Shown here in pieces: positions 1-8,397 of a stretch of 35,605 nt of DNA (the first letter of the stretch is position 1; each line of letters opens with the position of its first letter). The notes under the pieces were generated by a model that saw only the letters and a program-made list of their open reading frames with translations, was not told the origin of the DNA and did not search any database. Both the position numbers and the translations under genes were made by a program. This DNA is from Baekduia sp. (GTDB lineage Bacteria; Actinomycetota; Thermoleophilia; Solirubrobacterales; Solirubrobacteraceae), in assembly GCA_033855515.1 (NCBI GenBank), contig JAWVGD010000087.1, positions 1-35,605 of the forward strand, in the 5' to 3' direction.

Positions 1-2
1 AG

Positions 3-341
3 CTCGTTGCGCGGCTCAAGGCGCTCCTGCGCCGCTCGGGCGCCGACCCGACCACGACGGTCGGGGCGCTGCGGCTCGATCCGACGACGCACGCCGTGGG
101 CAGCGGTGAGCGCGAGGTCGCGCTGACCCCGACGGAGTTCCGCGTGCTCGCCGCGCTGGCCGGCCGGCCGGGGGAGGTCCTGCGCCGCCGCGAGCTGGTG
201 CGCGCCGCCTGGCCCGAGGGCGCGATCGTCCACGACAACACCCTGGACCAGTACGTCGCCCGCCTGCGGCGCAAGCTGCGCGAGCTCGAGCTCGAGCTCG
301 AGATCAGCACCGCGCACGGCGTCGGCTACCGGCTCGGATGA
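3..341 (+). CDS. OmpR/PhoB-family response regulator, C-terminal part (5' end outside window)
   Basis: Frame is open from position 3: LVARLKALLRR...LRLDP...LTPTEFRVL...VLRRRELV...NTLDQYVARLRRKL...TAHGVGYRL, a winged-helix effector domain. Its stop overlaps the kinase start (ATGA). Confidence 0.93.
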   Translation, partial: LVARLKALLRRSGADPTTTVGALRLDPTTHAVGSGEREVALTPTEFRVLAALAGRPGEVLRRRELVRAAWPEGAIVHDNTLDQYVARLRRKLRELELELEISTAHGVGYRLG

Positions 342-1690
342 GCCGGCTTCGCTTCCGGACGCTGCGCGGTCGCCTGACGGCGGCGGCGCTCCTGGTCGCC
401 GCCGTCGCGATCGCGGCGCTGACGGTCGCCTTCAACCTCCTGCTCGGCGCCACGCTCTCCAACGACGCCGACACCCAGCTGCGCACCCAGGCCGCGGCGG
501 CCGCCACGACGCTCGCCGTGCGCAACGGCCACATCACGGCGCTGGAGTCGCCCGCCGACGGCGCGGTGGACCGGCGGGTGTGGGTCTACGAGGGCACCCG
601 GGCGGTCGAGCGCCCTCCCGGCGACCGCGAGCTGCAGCAGGCCGCCGACGCGCTGGCCGGCGAGCGCCGCGTCTTCGACAGCCTGCCCGGCCACCGCGAG
701 GTCCGCCTCTACGCCGCCCCGATCGACGACGCCAAGGGCCGGCCGGTGGGGACGATCGTCGCGGCGCAGTCGCTCGCGGCGTATGACCGCACGACCGATC
801 TCGCGGCCGTCGCGTCGGTCGCGCTGGCCCTCCTGCTGCTCGGCGCGGTCCTCTTCGTCACGCGCTCGGCGATCGGTCAGGCGCTGTCGCCGGTACGGCA
901 GATGACGCGCGACGTCGCCACCTGGAGCGAGAGCGAGCCGTCGCGCCGCTTCGGCGCCGCGGCCCGCCCCGACGAGCTGGGCGAGCTGGCCCACACGTTC
1001 GACGCGCTGCTGGATCGCGTCGCGGCCAGCCTGCGCCACGAGCAGCGCCTGTCGGCGGAGCTGTCGCATGAGCTCCGCACGCCGCTGTCGCGAATCGTCG
1101 CGGAGGTCGAGCTCATGCAGCGCCGGGACCGCCCGCTGGAGGAGCGACGCGAGGCCTATGACTCGATCGTGCGCTCGGCCGGTCAGATGGGCGCGATCCT
1201 CGAGACGCTGATGGCGGCGGCCCGCGCCGACGCGGGGCTGGACCGCGGCCGCAGCGACCTGCGCGCGCAGCTGGCCGAGCTGCGGCGGACGTGGGAGCCG
1301 GTGGGCACGCAGCGCGGCGTGGCGCTGGACGTCGTGGTGCCCGAGGGGCCGGTGACCGTGGGCGTCGACGCCGAGGTCGTCCAGCGGATCCTCGCCCCGG
1401 TGCTCGACAACGCCGCACGCCACGCCCACGCGCACGTCCGGGTGACCAGCGGCGACGCCGCCGGGCGTGTCGTGATCACGATCGCCGACGACGGTCCCGG
1501 CGTGCCGCTCGCCGACGCAGAGCGCGTCTTCGAGCCGGGCGTGCGGCTGCACCACGGCGACGGGCACGCCGGCTCGGGACTGGGCCTGCCGCTCGCGCGG
1601 CGCCTGGCGCGCGCGGCCAACGGCGACGTGATGGCGGTGCCACGGCCGGACGGGAACGGCGCGGCGTTCGTCGTCGAGTTGCCGCGATAG
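338..1690 (+). CDS. Membrane sensor histidine kinase (2 TM, HAMP, HisKA, HATPase)
   Basis: Two hydrophobic segments; HAMP DELGELAHTFD; H-box LSHELRTPL; N-box VLDNAARH; G1 DDGPG; G2 GSGLGL. Confidence 0.95.
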   Translation: MSRLRFRTLRGRLTAAALLVAAVAIAALTVAFNLLLGATLSNDADTQLRTQAAAAATTLAVRNGHITALESPADGAVDRRVWVYEGTRAVERPPGDRELQQAADALAGERRVFDSLPGHREVRLYAAPIDDAKGRPVGTIVAAQSLAAYDRTTDLAAVASVALALLLLGAVLFVTRSAIGQALSPVRQMTRDVATWSESEPSRRFGAAARPDELGELAHTFDALLDRVAASLRHEQRLSAELSHELRTPLSRIVAEVELMQRRDRPLEERREAYDSIVRSAGQMGAILETLMAAARADAGLDRGRSDLRAQLAELRRTWEPVGTQRGVALDVVVPEGPVTVGVDAEVVQRILAPVLDNAARHAHAHVRVTSGDAAGRVVITIADDGPGVPLADAERVFEPGVRLHHGDGHAGSGLGLPLARRLARAANGDVMAVPRPDGNGAAFVVELPR

Positions 1691-1777
1691 GGGAACGCTG
1701 GCCCAGAGGGCCAGGTTCCCTTGCGGGTGTTCGCCCAGGGGGCGAAACCCGCGGCCCGTTAGGGACCCGAGCTCCTA
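1688..1777 (+). repeat. 90-bp twin-hairpin intergenic repeat (MITE/REP-like or structured RNA), copy 1
   Basis: TAG GGGAAC-G-CTGGCCC-AGA-GGGCCAG-GTTCCC TT GCGGGT-G-TTCGCCC-AGG-GGGCGAA-ACCCGC ...TAGGGACCCGAGCTCCTA. Aligns end to end with the reverse complement of 11243-11332. Confidence 0.9.
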
Positions 1778-2208
1778 GGGCCGGCGGCAAGGGCGCGCAG
1801 CTCGGACCGGATCTCGGCGTCGCGCTCGCGCGCCTCATCGTCGGTCCACCGCCAGGCGACCGCCGACTCCATGGCAAAGAGCGGCTGGCGATGGTCTTGG
1901 AGCTCGTCGACGTCGAGTCGCACCGCGGCCACCCGGTCAGAGATCATCATCGGCTCGCGCGCCACGACGACGGTGCCCAGCGCCGTGCAGGCGATGTCCC
2001 GGGCCAGGAACGTGAGCGCCGCCCGCGGATCGGTGCGCAGGCGCGCCAGCGACTCGCGGCGCAGCGCGAGCGCGAGGAGCACGGCCCGGTCACCGGCCCG
2101 CACGCAGGTCGAGATCGGGATCGCGTGCGGGGCGCCGCCGCCGGTCGACAGGACCGCGACGGTCCCGTCCTCCCACGCGGGCAGGGCATCGAGCGTGTGG
2201 GCGCTCAT
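1759..2208 (-). CDS. Pyridoxamine 5'-phosphate oxidase-like (split-barrel flavin/F420-binding) protein
   Basis: Start reassigned to ATG 2208 (MSAHTLDALP), just after the LLM stop. Pattern VAVLSTGGGAPHAIPIS...SLARLRTDPRAALT matches the PNPOx-like fold. The last codons and stop lie inside repeat copy 1. Confidence 0.72.
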   Translation of the reverse strand: MSAHTLDALPAWEDGTVAVLSTGGGAPHAIPISTCVRAGDRAVLLALALRRESLARLRTDPRAALTFLARDIACTALGTVVVAREPMMISDRVAAVRLDVDELQDHRQPLFAMESAVAWRWTDDEARERDAEIRSELRALAAGPRSSGP

Positions 2209-2221
2209 GCGCGGACCGGCC

Positions 2222-3001
2222 TCAGGCGGCGTTGACGCGGTCGCGCCAGGCGACCAGCTCGCGCGCGACGCCCAGGTCGTAGCCGGTCCCGTCACCGCCG
2301 ATCCCGGCGATGACGTGCTGCACGCCGGCCGCGTGGAGCTCCTCAGCGTGCTCGGTCACGTCCGCGTGCACGCCCCAGGTGCGCTCGATCTCGGCCGGGT
2401 CGCGCCCGACGTCGGCGCAGTGACCGAGGAGGATCTCGTTCTTCTTCTTGAACGTCTCGGCGTCGCCGAAGCCGTGCCAGAGGTCGGCGTGCCGGGCGAC
2501 GAGCTTCAGCGTGACCTTCTCACCGCTGCCGCCGATCAGGATCGGCATGTCGCGCACCGGCGGCGGGTTGAGCTTGCCGAGCCGCTCGCGGATGCGCGGC
2601 AGGTCGCGGCGCAGGGCGCGCAACCGTGTCGGCGCGTCGCCGAACTCGTAGCCGTACTCGTCGTAGTCGCGTTCGAACCAGCCGGCGCCGATCCCGAGGA
2701 TCACCCGGCCGCCGGAGATGTGGTCGACGGTCCGGTGCGCGTCGGCCAGCAGCTCGGGGTTGCGGTAGGAGTTGCAGATGACCAGCGCGCCGATCTCCAC
2801 GCGCTCGGTCGTCTCGGCCAGCGACGCGAGCGTCGTGAGCGCCTCGAAATGCTTGCCGTCGGGCTCGCCGTAGAGCGGGTAGAAGTGGTCCCAGGTGAAG
2901 ACGGAGTCGACGCCGATCTCCTCGGCCTCCCGCCACGCCCGGCGCATGCCGTCGAAGTCTGCGTGCTGCGGCTGGACCTGGACTCCCACACGGACGGGCA
3001 T
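2222..3001 (-). CDS. LLM-class (luciferase-like) oxidoreductase, probably F420-dependent (MSMEG_2906-like)
   Basis: VFTWDHFYPLYG, LVICNSYRNPELLAD, LGIGAGWFERDY and PILIGGSGEKVTLKLVARHADLWH; GGAG RBS upstream. Confidence 0.9.
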   Translation of the reverse strand: MPVRVGVQVQPQHADFDGMRRAWREAEEIGVDSVFTWDHFYPLYGEPDGKHFEALTTLASLAETTERVEIGALVICNSYRNPELLADAHRTVDHISGGRVILGIGAGWFERDYDEYGYEFGDAPTRLRALRRDLPRIRERLGKLNPPPVRDMPILIGGSGEKVTLKLVARHADLWHGFGDAETFKKKNEILLGHCADVGRDPAEIERTWGVHADVTEHAEELHAAGVQHVIAGIGGDGTGYDLGVARELVAWRDRVNAA

Positions 3002-3184
3002 CGGCGCTCCTCGGCGTCACTCAACGGGACCCGGCGCACCATATCGACGGGTGGGGCGGTCCGGAACGCTCGTCGTCCACCGCTGGATGTCACCGTGCAC
3101 ACCACCACCGACCCCGCGGCACCGGTACCGTCCGCGCACTGCGTCGCGGCTGGAGATCCCGGCTTCGGCGCCGACCATCCAGCT

Positions 3185-3598
3185 GTGGCCTCGACACCCC
3201 ACCACCGTCCTCCGTTGCGCGTCCTGGTCGTCGACGACGCCCCGGACATCCGCGCGCTGCTGCGCGCGATGCTCAGCGACCGCGGGGACGTCCTGGTGCT
3301 GGAGGCCAGCGGCGGCGAGGAGGCGCTCGCGCTCGCGGCCGCCGATCCGCCGCCGGATCTCGCGGTCGTCGACCAGAACATGCCCGGCATGGACGGGGTC
3401 ACGACCACCCGGCAGCTGAAGGCGCTGCTCTCCGACCTGGAGGTCGTCGCGTTCACCGCCGTCCCCGGGGCCGAGCGCGAGTTCGCGCAGGCCGGGGCGA
3501 CCCATCACTTCCTGAAGGATCGCTTCGGCGACCTCGTCGGCTTCATCACCGAACGCGCCGCCCGCGTCGATGACGCCAGTGAGGCCAGCGCCGGGTAG
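3185..3598 (+). CDS. Single-domain response regulator (receiver); start uncertain (3095, 3185 or 3215)
   Basis: 3' part of ORF 1871..3598: RVLVVDD...PPDLAVVDQNMPGMDG...VVAFTA...GATHHFLK. No output domain. Confidence 0.85.
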   Translation: MASTPHHRPPLRVLVVDDAPDIRALLRAMLSDRGDVLVLEASGGEEALALAAADPPPDLAVVDQNMPGMDGVTTTRQLKALLSDLEVVAFTAVPGAEREFAQAGATHHFLKDRFGDLVGFITERAARVDDASEASAG

Positions 3599-3609
3599 AT
3601 TGGCCTGTG

Positions 3610-4737
3610 ATGGGTGACGGCGACGCCGCGTACGGCGCCACGCGCGAGAGCCGCGCGCACCTGCTTGCGCTCTTGGTCGAGAGCGTCACCGACTACGCCA
3701 TCTTCCTGCTGGACGCCGACGGGTTCGTGGCGTCGTGGAACTCCGGGGCGCAGCGCATCAAGGGCTACAGCGCCGACGAGATCATCGGTCAGCCCTACCG
3801 CGTCTTCTTCACGGAAGGCGACCGCGCGACCGGGCGCCCGGAACGGATCCTGGGCCGGGCCCTGGCCGACGGCCGCTACGAGGACGAGGGCTGGCGGGTC
3901 CGTCGGGACGGCACCACCTTCTGGGCCGACGCCATCGTCACCGCGCTGCACGACGAGCACGGCGCGCTGGTCGGCTTCGCCAAGGTCACGCGCGATCTGA
4001 CCGAGCGCCGCGCGGGCGAGCAGGCCCTGCGCGCCGCCAACGAGCAGCTGGCGCGCACCAACCGCGAGCTGGACCGGTTCGCCGCGGTCGCCGCCCACGA
4101 CCTGCAGGAGCCGCTGCGCACGATCGCCGGCTTCGGGGAGATCCTCCGGGACCGCTACGCCGGGGTGCTGGACGAGCGCGGGCTGGGCTACCTGGGGCAC
4201 ATGTCCGCCGCGATCGGGCGCATGCAGCACCTCGTCGACGACCTGCTCGGCTACGCCAAAGCGGCCGAGGAGCTGCCGGCGACCGGCGTGATCGGGGTCG
4301 CGGGCGCCCTCGCGGTGGTCCTCGGCGAGCTGGCCGGCGCGATCGAGCAGCGCGGGACCGCGGTGGAGCTCGAGCTGGCCCCGGGCTCGGCCGTTCGCGG
4401 CCACGAGCGCGACGTCGAGTCCGTCCTGCGCAACCTGCTCTCCAACGCCGTGAAGTTCGCCGACCAGGAGGCGCCGCGCGTCGTCGTGCGCGCCACGCCG
4501 TCGGAGGGCAGCGTCCGCGTCGAGGTCATCGACAACGGGATCGGCGTCGATCCCGCCGACCGCCCGCGGCTGTTCCGTCCCTTCCAGCGCCTCAACAGCG
4601 CCTCGGACTACCCGGGCACCGGCCTGGGTCTGGCGATCGCCCAGCGCGTGGTCGAGCGCAACGGCGGCACCATCGGCGTCGAGTCCGCGGTGGGCGAGGG
4701 CAGCCGCTTCTGGTTCACGCTGCCCGGCGCCTCGTAG
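3610..4737 (+). CDS. Cytoplasmic PAS-domain sensor histidine kinase
   Basis: PAS/PAC (SVTDYAIFLLD...SWNSGAQRIKGY...EGWRVRRDGTTFWA...GFAKVTRDLTER); H-box AAHDLQEPLR; NLLSNAVKF; DNGIG; GTGLGLA. Confidence 0.95.
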   Translation: MGDGDAAYGATRESRAHLLALLVESVTDYAIFLLDADGFVASWNSGAQRIKGYSADEIIGQPYRVFFTEGDRATGRPERILGRALADGRYEDEGWRVRRDGTTFWADAIVTALHDEHGALVGFAKVTRDLTERRAGEQALRAANEQLARTNRELDRFAAVAAHDLQEPLRTIAGFGEILRDRYAGVLDERGLGYLGHMSAAIGRMQHLVDDLLGYAKAAEELPATGVIGVAGALAVVLGELAGAIEQRGTAVELELAPGSAVRGHERDVESVLRNLLSNAVKFADQEAPRVVVRATPSEGSVRVEVIDNGIGVDPADRPRLFRPFQRLNSASDYPGTGLGLAIAQRVVERNGGTIGVESAVGEGSRFWFTLPGAS

Positions 4738-4754
4738 GCGCGAGGGCGGCGTCG

Positions 4755-5543
4755 CTACGCGCCGTCGGCGCTGCCGGCGGCGAGGTCGCGCTCGATCGCC
4801 TCGGCGGTCGCCAGGAGCGGCGGCAGGAGCGTCGCCTTCAGCTCCTCGACGCCGGTGCGCGTCGCGTTGGCGCTGACGTTGATGGCCGCCGCGACGACGC
4901 CGGCCGAGTCGTGGATCGGGGCGGCGACCGAGCGCAGCCCGGACTCGAGCTCCTGGTCGACGAGCGCCCACCCCTGTGTCCGGACGCGGTCGAGCTCGGC
5001 GCGCAGCTCGCGCTCGTCGGTGATCGTCTCCGGCGTCAGCGCCCGCAACTCCGCGCGCGCCAGCGCGGCGTCCAGCGCCGCGGGATCCAGCGCCGCGAGC
5101 AGCACCCGGCCCATCGACGTCGCATGGGCCGGGAAGCGCGTGCCGACGCTGATGGCCACGCGCATGATCCTTCGCGTCGGCACGCGGGCGACGTAGACGA
5201 CGTCGTCGCCGTCGAGCACCGACACCGAGGAGGACTCGTGGATCTCCGCGGAGAGGCGCTCGAGGTGCGGCTGGGCGACCTCGGGCAGCGTCAGGCTCGA
5301 GAGGTAGGCGTAGCCGAGCTCCAGCACCCGAGGGGTCAAGGAGAACCGTCCGCCGCTGGACTGGACGTAGCCGAGCTGCTGCAGCGTCAGCAGGAAGCGG
5401 CGCGAGGCCGCGCGCGTGAGGCCGGTGACCCGGGCGACCTCGCTGAGGGTCTGCGGCTCGGGTGCGCTGAGGGCGCGCACGACCGACAGGCCCCGCTCCA
5501 GCGACTGCACGAACTGGCGGTCGCGCGGGGGCGCCTCGCTCAT
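4755..5543 (-). CDS. pcaR: IclR-family regulator of the beta-ketoadipate pathway (PcaR/PcaU/PobR type)
   Basis: FVQSLERGLSV, TGLTRAASRRFLLTL, VGTRFPAHATSMGRVLLA, DQELESGLRSVAAP. Last gene of the pca operon, with an ATGA overlap. Confidence 0.92.
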   Translation of the reverse strand: MSEAPPRDRQFVQSLERGLSVVRALSAPEPQTLSEVARVTGLTRAASRRFLLTLQQLGYVQSSGGRFSLTPRVLELGYAYLSSLTLPEVAQPHLERLSAEIHESSSVSVLDGDDVVYVARVPTRRIMRVAISVGTRFPAHATSMGRVLLAALDPAALDAALARAELRALTPETITDERELRAELDRVRTQGWALVDQELESGLRSVAAPIHDSAGVVAAAINVSANATRTGVEELKATLLPPLLATAEAIERDLAAGSADGA

Positions 5544-5941
5544 GGCGCGCCCGCCCCGTCGTCGATCAGGCCCTCCTCGCGCAGGACCTCCTGGGCCCGC
5601 GCGAACGCGCTGTTGGCCGCCGGGACGCCGGCGTAGACGGCGGTGTGCAGCAGCACCTCGCGGATCTCGGCGGGCGTCAGCCCGTTGCGCACCGCCGCCC
5701 GCACGTGCAGGGCCAGCTCGTCCTCGCTGCGCAGCGCGCAGAGGACCGCGAGCGTGATCATGCTCCGCTCGCGGCGGCCGAGGTCCTCACGCGTCCAGAC
5801 GCTGCCCCAGGCCATCTTGGTGATGAGCTCCTGGAACGGTGCGGCGAACTCGGTCGTGCCGGCGACGGCCCGGTCGACGTGCGCGTCGCCGAGGACCTCC
5901 CGCCGGACGGCCATGCCCGCGTCATGCAGTGGATCGGTCAA
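5540..5941 (-). CDS. pcaC: 4-carboxymuconolactone decarboxylase
   Basis: 3' part of ORF 5540..7039: GMAVRREVLGDAHVDR...FQELITKMAWGSVWTR...RSMITL...LHVRAAVRNGLT...LLHTAVYAGVPAANSAF. TTG start overlaps the pcaB stop (TTGA), with AGGAGG upstream. Confidence 0.93.
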   Translation of the reverse strand: MTDPLHDAGMAVRREVLGDAHVDRAVAGTTEFAAPFQELITKMAWGSVWTREDLGRRERSMITLAVLCALRSEDELALHVRAAVRNGLTPAEIREVLLHTAVYAGVPAANSAFARAQEVLREEGLIDDGAGAP

Positions 5942-7128
5942 GCGGGACCTCCTGGTCGCGGTGGGCGGGCATGCGCCGCGGCGTGCGCCGCCAGCGCGCG
6001 GTCGACGAGCGCCGCGGCGGCGCTCACGCCGTCGGCCAGCGCCTGGGGGCCGCCGTCGCCGAGGGCGCCGACGGCCGCCTCGGCGGTGGCGCCCATCCGC
6101 GCGGCGTCGACCTCGAGGTCGTCGAGCAGCTCGCGCACCCAGGCGGCGGCGGAGCCCGTCAGCGTCAGCAGGGAGCGCTGGGTCTCCCACTCGGCCTGCC
6201 AGCCGCCCGCGGCGCGTTCGTGCTCCTGGTCCATCACCGACAACATGGTCGCCACGAGGCCCGGGACGCGCGCGGCGCAGGCCGCGGCGCTGACCGCCGC
6301 CACCGGGTTGCGCTTGTGCGCCATCGCCGACGAGCCGCCCCGGCCGAGGTCCGCGCCACCCTCGCGGACCTCGCCGACCTCGGTCTGCGCCAGCAGCGTG
6401 ACGTCGCGCGCGATCTTGGCCAGGACGCCGGCCAGCGTGCCCAGCGCCCCGGCCAGCACGGCGGGGCGACGGCGGATCGCGTGCCACGGCAGGACGGGCT
6501 CGGCCAGGCCGAGGTCGGCGGCGACCGCCGCGGTCACCGCGGCGCCGTGGGCGCCGAACGCCGCCAGCGTGCCGGCGGCGCCGCCGAGCTGGACGGCGAG
6601 CACGCCGTCGCGCACCGCGGCGAGGTCGCCGAGCGCCTCGTCGAGGCCCGTCATCCACCCGGCGGCCTTCAGGCCGAACGTGGTGGGCAGCGCGTGCTGC
6701 AGCAGCGTGCGCCCGGCGATCGGCGTGTCGCGGTGCGCCGCGGCGAGGCGCGCGGCGGCCTCCGCCGCGCCTGCGGCGTCGTCCGACAACAGGCCCAGCG
6801 CCCGGTGCGCGAGGATCATCGCCGCGCTGTCGACGACGTCCTGGCTCGTCAGCCCGCGGTGCACGTGCGGCGCCGCGTCCGGGCCGACGAGCACGCGCAG
6901 GGCCGCCACCAGCCCGATGACCGGCGTCGCATGCCGGGCGGTCTCGGCCGCCAGCGCGGCCAGGTCGAACCGGTCGGCGTCGGCCGCCTCGGCGATCGCC
7001 GCCGCGGCGGCGCCGGGCGTCAGCCCGACGGCCGCGCACGCGCGCGCCGCGGCCGCCTCCACGTCGAGCATCGCCTGGACGAACGGGCGGTCGGCGACCG
7101 CCGCGGCGACCGCGCCGCGGGCGAACAT
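5938..7128 (-). CDS. pcaB: 3-carboxy-cis,cis-muconate cycloisomerase (fumarase/lyase family)
   Basis: HRGLTSQDVVD, GRTLLQHALPTTFGLK, QLGGAAGTLA, GGSSAMAHKRNP, QEHERAAGGWQAEW; pca context. Start placed at ATG 7128 (uncertain). Confidence 0.9.
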   Translation of the reverse strand: MFARGAVAAAVADRPFVQAMLDVEAAAARACAAVGLTPGAAAAAIAEAADADRFDLAALAAETARHATPVIGLVAALRVLVGPDAAPHVHRGLTSQDVVDSAAMILAHRALGLLSDDAAGAAEAAARLAAAHRDTPIAGRTLLQHALPTTFGLKAAGWMTGLDEALGDLAAVRDGVLAVQLGGAAGTLAAFGAHGAAVTAAVAADLGLAEPVLPWHAIRRRPAVLAGALGTLAGVLAKIARDVTLLAQTEVGEVREGGADLGRGGSSAMAHKRNPVAAVSAAACAARVPGLVATMLSVMDQEHERAAGGWQAEWETQRSLLTLTGSAAAWVRELLDDLEVDAARMGATAEAAVGALGDGGPQALADGVSAAAALVDRALAAHAAAHARPPRPGGPA

Positions 7129-7144
7129 CCCGGCCGGCAGGCCG

Positions 7145-7678
7145 TCAGACGTCGAAGAAGACGGTCTCGTCGGGGCCTTGGAGGTGGAGGTCGAAGTGGT
7201 AGCCATCGGCGGTGGGTCGGGCCAGCAGCGTCGCACGCCGCTCCGCCGGAACGGTGGCGAGCACCGGATCGGCCGCGTTGGCGGCCTCCTCGTCGGCGAA
7301 GTAGATGCGCGTCACGACGCGGTGCAGCAGGCCGCGCGCGAACAGCGAGACGTCCACGTGCGGCGCCTGCGGGACGCCCCCCGGGCCCGGAACGGGCGCG
7401 GGCTTGACCGTCCGGATCGCGTAGGCGCCGTCGTCGCCGGTCGGCACGCGGGCGAAGCCGCGGAAGCCCTCGCGCTCGCCGAACTCGCCGTGCTCGTCGG
7501 CCTGCCAGGTCTCGACGACGGCGTCGGGGATCGGGGCGCCTTCACCGTCGAAGACCGTGCCCGCGATCAGGAAGGCGCCCGGCTCCGACGCGCTGACGAC
7601 GAAGGCGCCCGCCGGCCACGGAAGCCCGATCGAGAAGAACGGCCCGACGGTCTGCGAGGGGGTGGGAAGCAGGCTCAA
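7145..7678 (-). CDS. pcaG: Protocatechuate 3,4-dioxygenase alpha subunit
   Basis: TPSQTVGPFF, GTVFDGEGAPIPDAVVETWQAD, QAPHVDVSLFARGLL...TRIYF, LQGPDETVFFDV. TTG start overlaps the pcaH stop. Confidence 0.95.
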   Translation of the reverse strand: MSLLPTPSQTVGPFFSIGLPWPAGAFVVSASEPGAFLIAGTVFDGEGAPIPDAVVETWQADEHGEFGEREGFRGFARVPTGDDGAYAIRTVKPAPVPGPGGVPQAPHVDVSLFARGLLHRVVTRIYFADEEAANAADPVLATVPAERRATLLARPTADGYHFDLHLQGPDETVFFDV

Positions 7679-8397
7679 TGCTCCTCCTCGAACGGGGTCT
7701 GCTCGCGGCCGCGCAGGACCACGTCGAACTCGTAGGCCAGCGCCCACTCGGGCCGGGTGCGCGCGAGGTCGAACCGCGACACCATCCGCGCGCGCCCGGC
7801 CGGATCGCGCACCGAGTTGTAGATGGGGTCGTACTCGAACAGCGGGTCGCCGGGGAAGTACATCTGGGTGACGAGGCGCTGCGCGAACGCCTGGCCCAGC
7901 AGCGAGAAGTGGATGTGCTGGGGACGCCACGCGTTGTGGTGGTTGCCCCACGGGTAGGCGCCCGGCTTGATGGTGGTGAACTCGTAGCGGCCGTCGTCGT
8001 CGGTCACGCAGCGGCCGGCGCCCGAGAAGTTGGGGTCCAGCGGCGCGCGGTGCCGGTCACCCTTGTGGCGGTAGCGCCCGGCGGCGTTGGCCTGCCAGAT
8101 CTCCACGAGCGTCCCGCGGATGGGCCGGCCGTCGCCGTCCAGGATCCGGCCGCCGACGACGATGCGCTCGCCCAGCGGCTCGCCCTCGTGCTGGCGCGTG
8201 AGGTCGTGGTCGAGCTCGCCGGTCACGCGCTCCAGGCCCAGCTGCGGCCCGGCGATCTCGGTGATCGTGTGCGGGAGGTGGACGAGCGGCTGCGTGGGGT
8301 GGCGCAGCCGCGTCGAGCGGTAGCCCTCGTCGTCCAGGCGCGGATGGGTGTCGGGCTCGTCGCGGCGGAAGCCGCGCCGGTCCTGGAGCTCAGCCAC
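7675..8397 (-). CDS. pcaH: Protocatechuate 3,4-dioxygenase beta subunit
   Basis: EIWQANAAGRYRH, TIKPGAYPW, WRPQHIHFS (the Tyr/Tyr/His/His iron ligands), RLVTQMYFPGDP. Confidence 0.97.
   Translation of the reverse strand: MAELQDRRGFRRDEPDTHPRLDDEGYRSTRLRHPTQPLVHLPHTITEIAGPQLGLERVTGELDHDLTRQHEGEPLGERIVVGGRILDGDGRPIRGTLVEIWQANAAGRYRHKGDRHRAPLDPNFSGAGRCVTDDDGRYEFTTIKPGAYPWGNHHNAWRPQHIHFSLLGQAFAQRLVTQMYFPGDPLFEYDPIYNSVRDPAGRARMVSRFDLARTRPEWALAYEFDVVLRGREQTPFEEEH

Noticed and set aside
1688-1777. The 90-bp element as a tRNA, CRISPR repeat or ordinary intrinsic terminator
   Set aside because: No cloverleaf, T-loop or CCA end; no repeat-spacer array or cas genes; no U-tract. Two independent terminators would not share 90 bp end to end, although the element may still terminate transcription.
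5540-7039. Apparent 499-aa ORF ending in PcaC, suggesting a PcaL (PcaD-PcaC) fusion
   Set aside because: The N-terminal 365 aa are an alternate frame of pcaB with no hydrolase motifs. pcaC has its own RBS and TTG at 5941.
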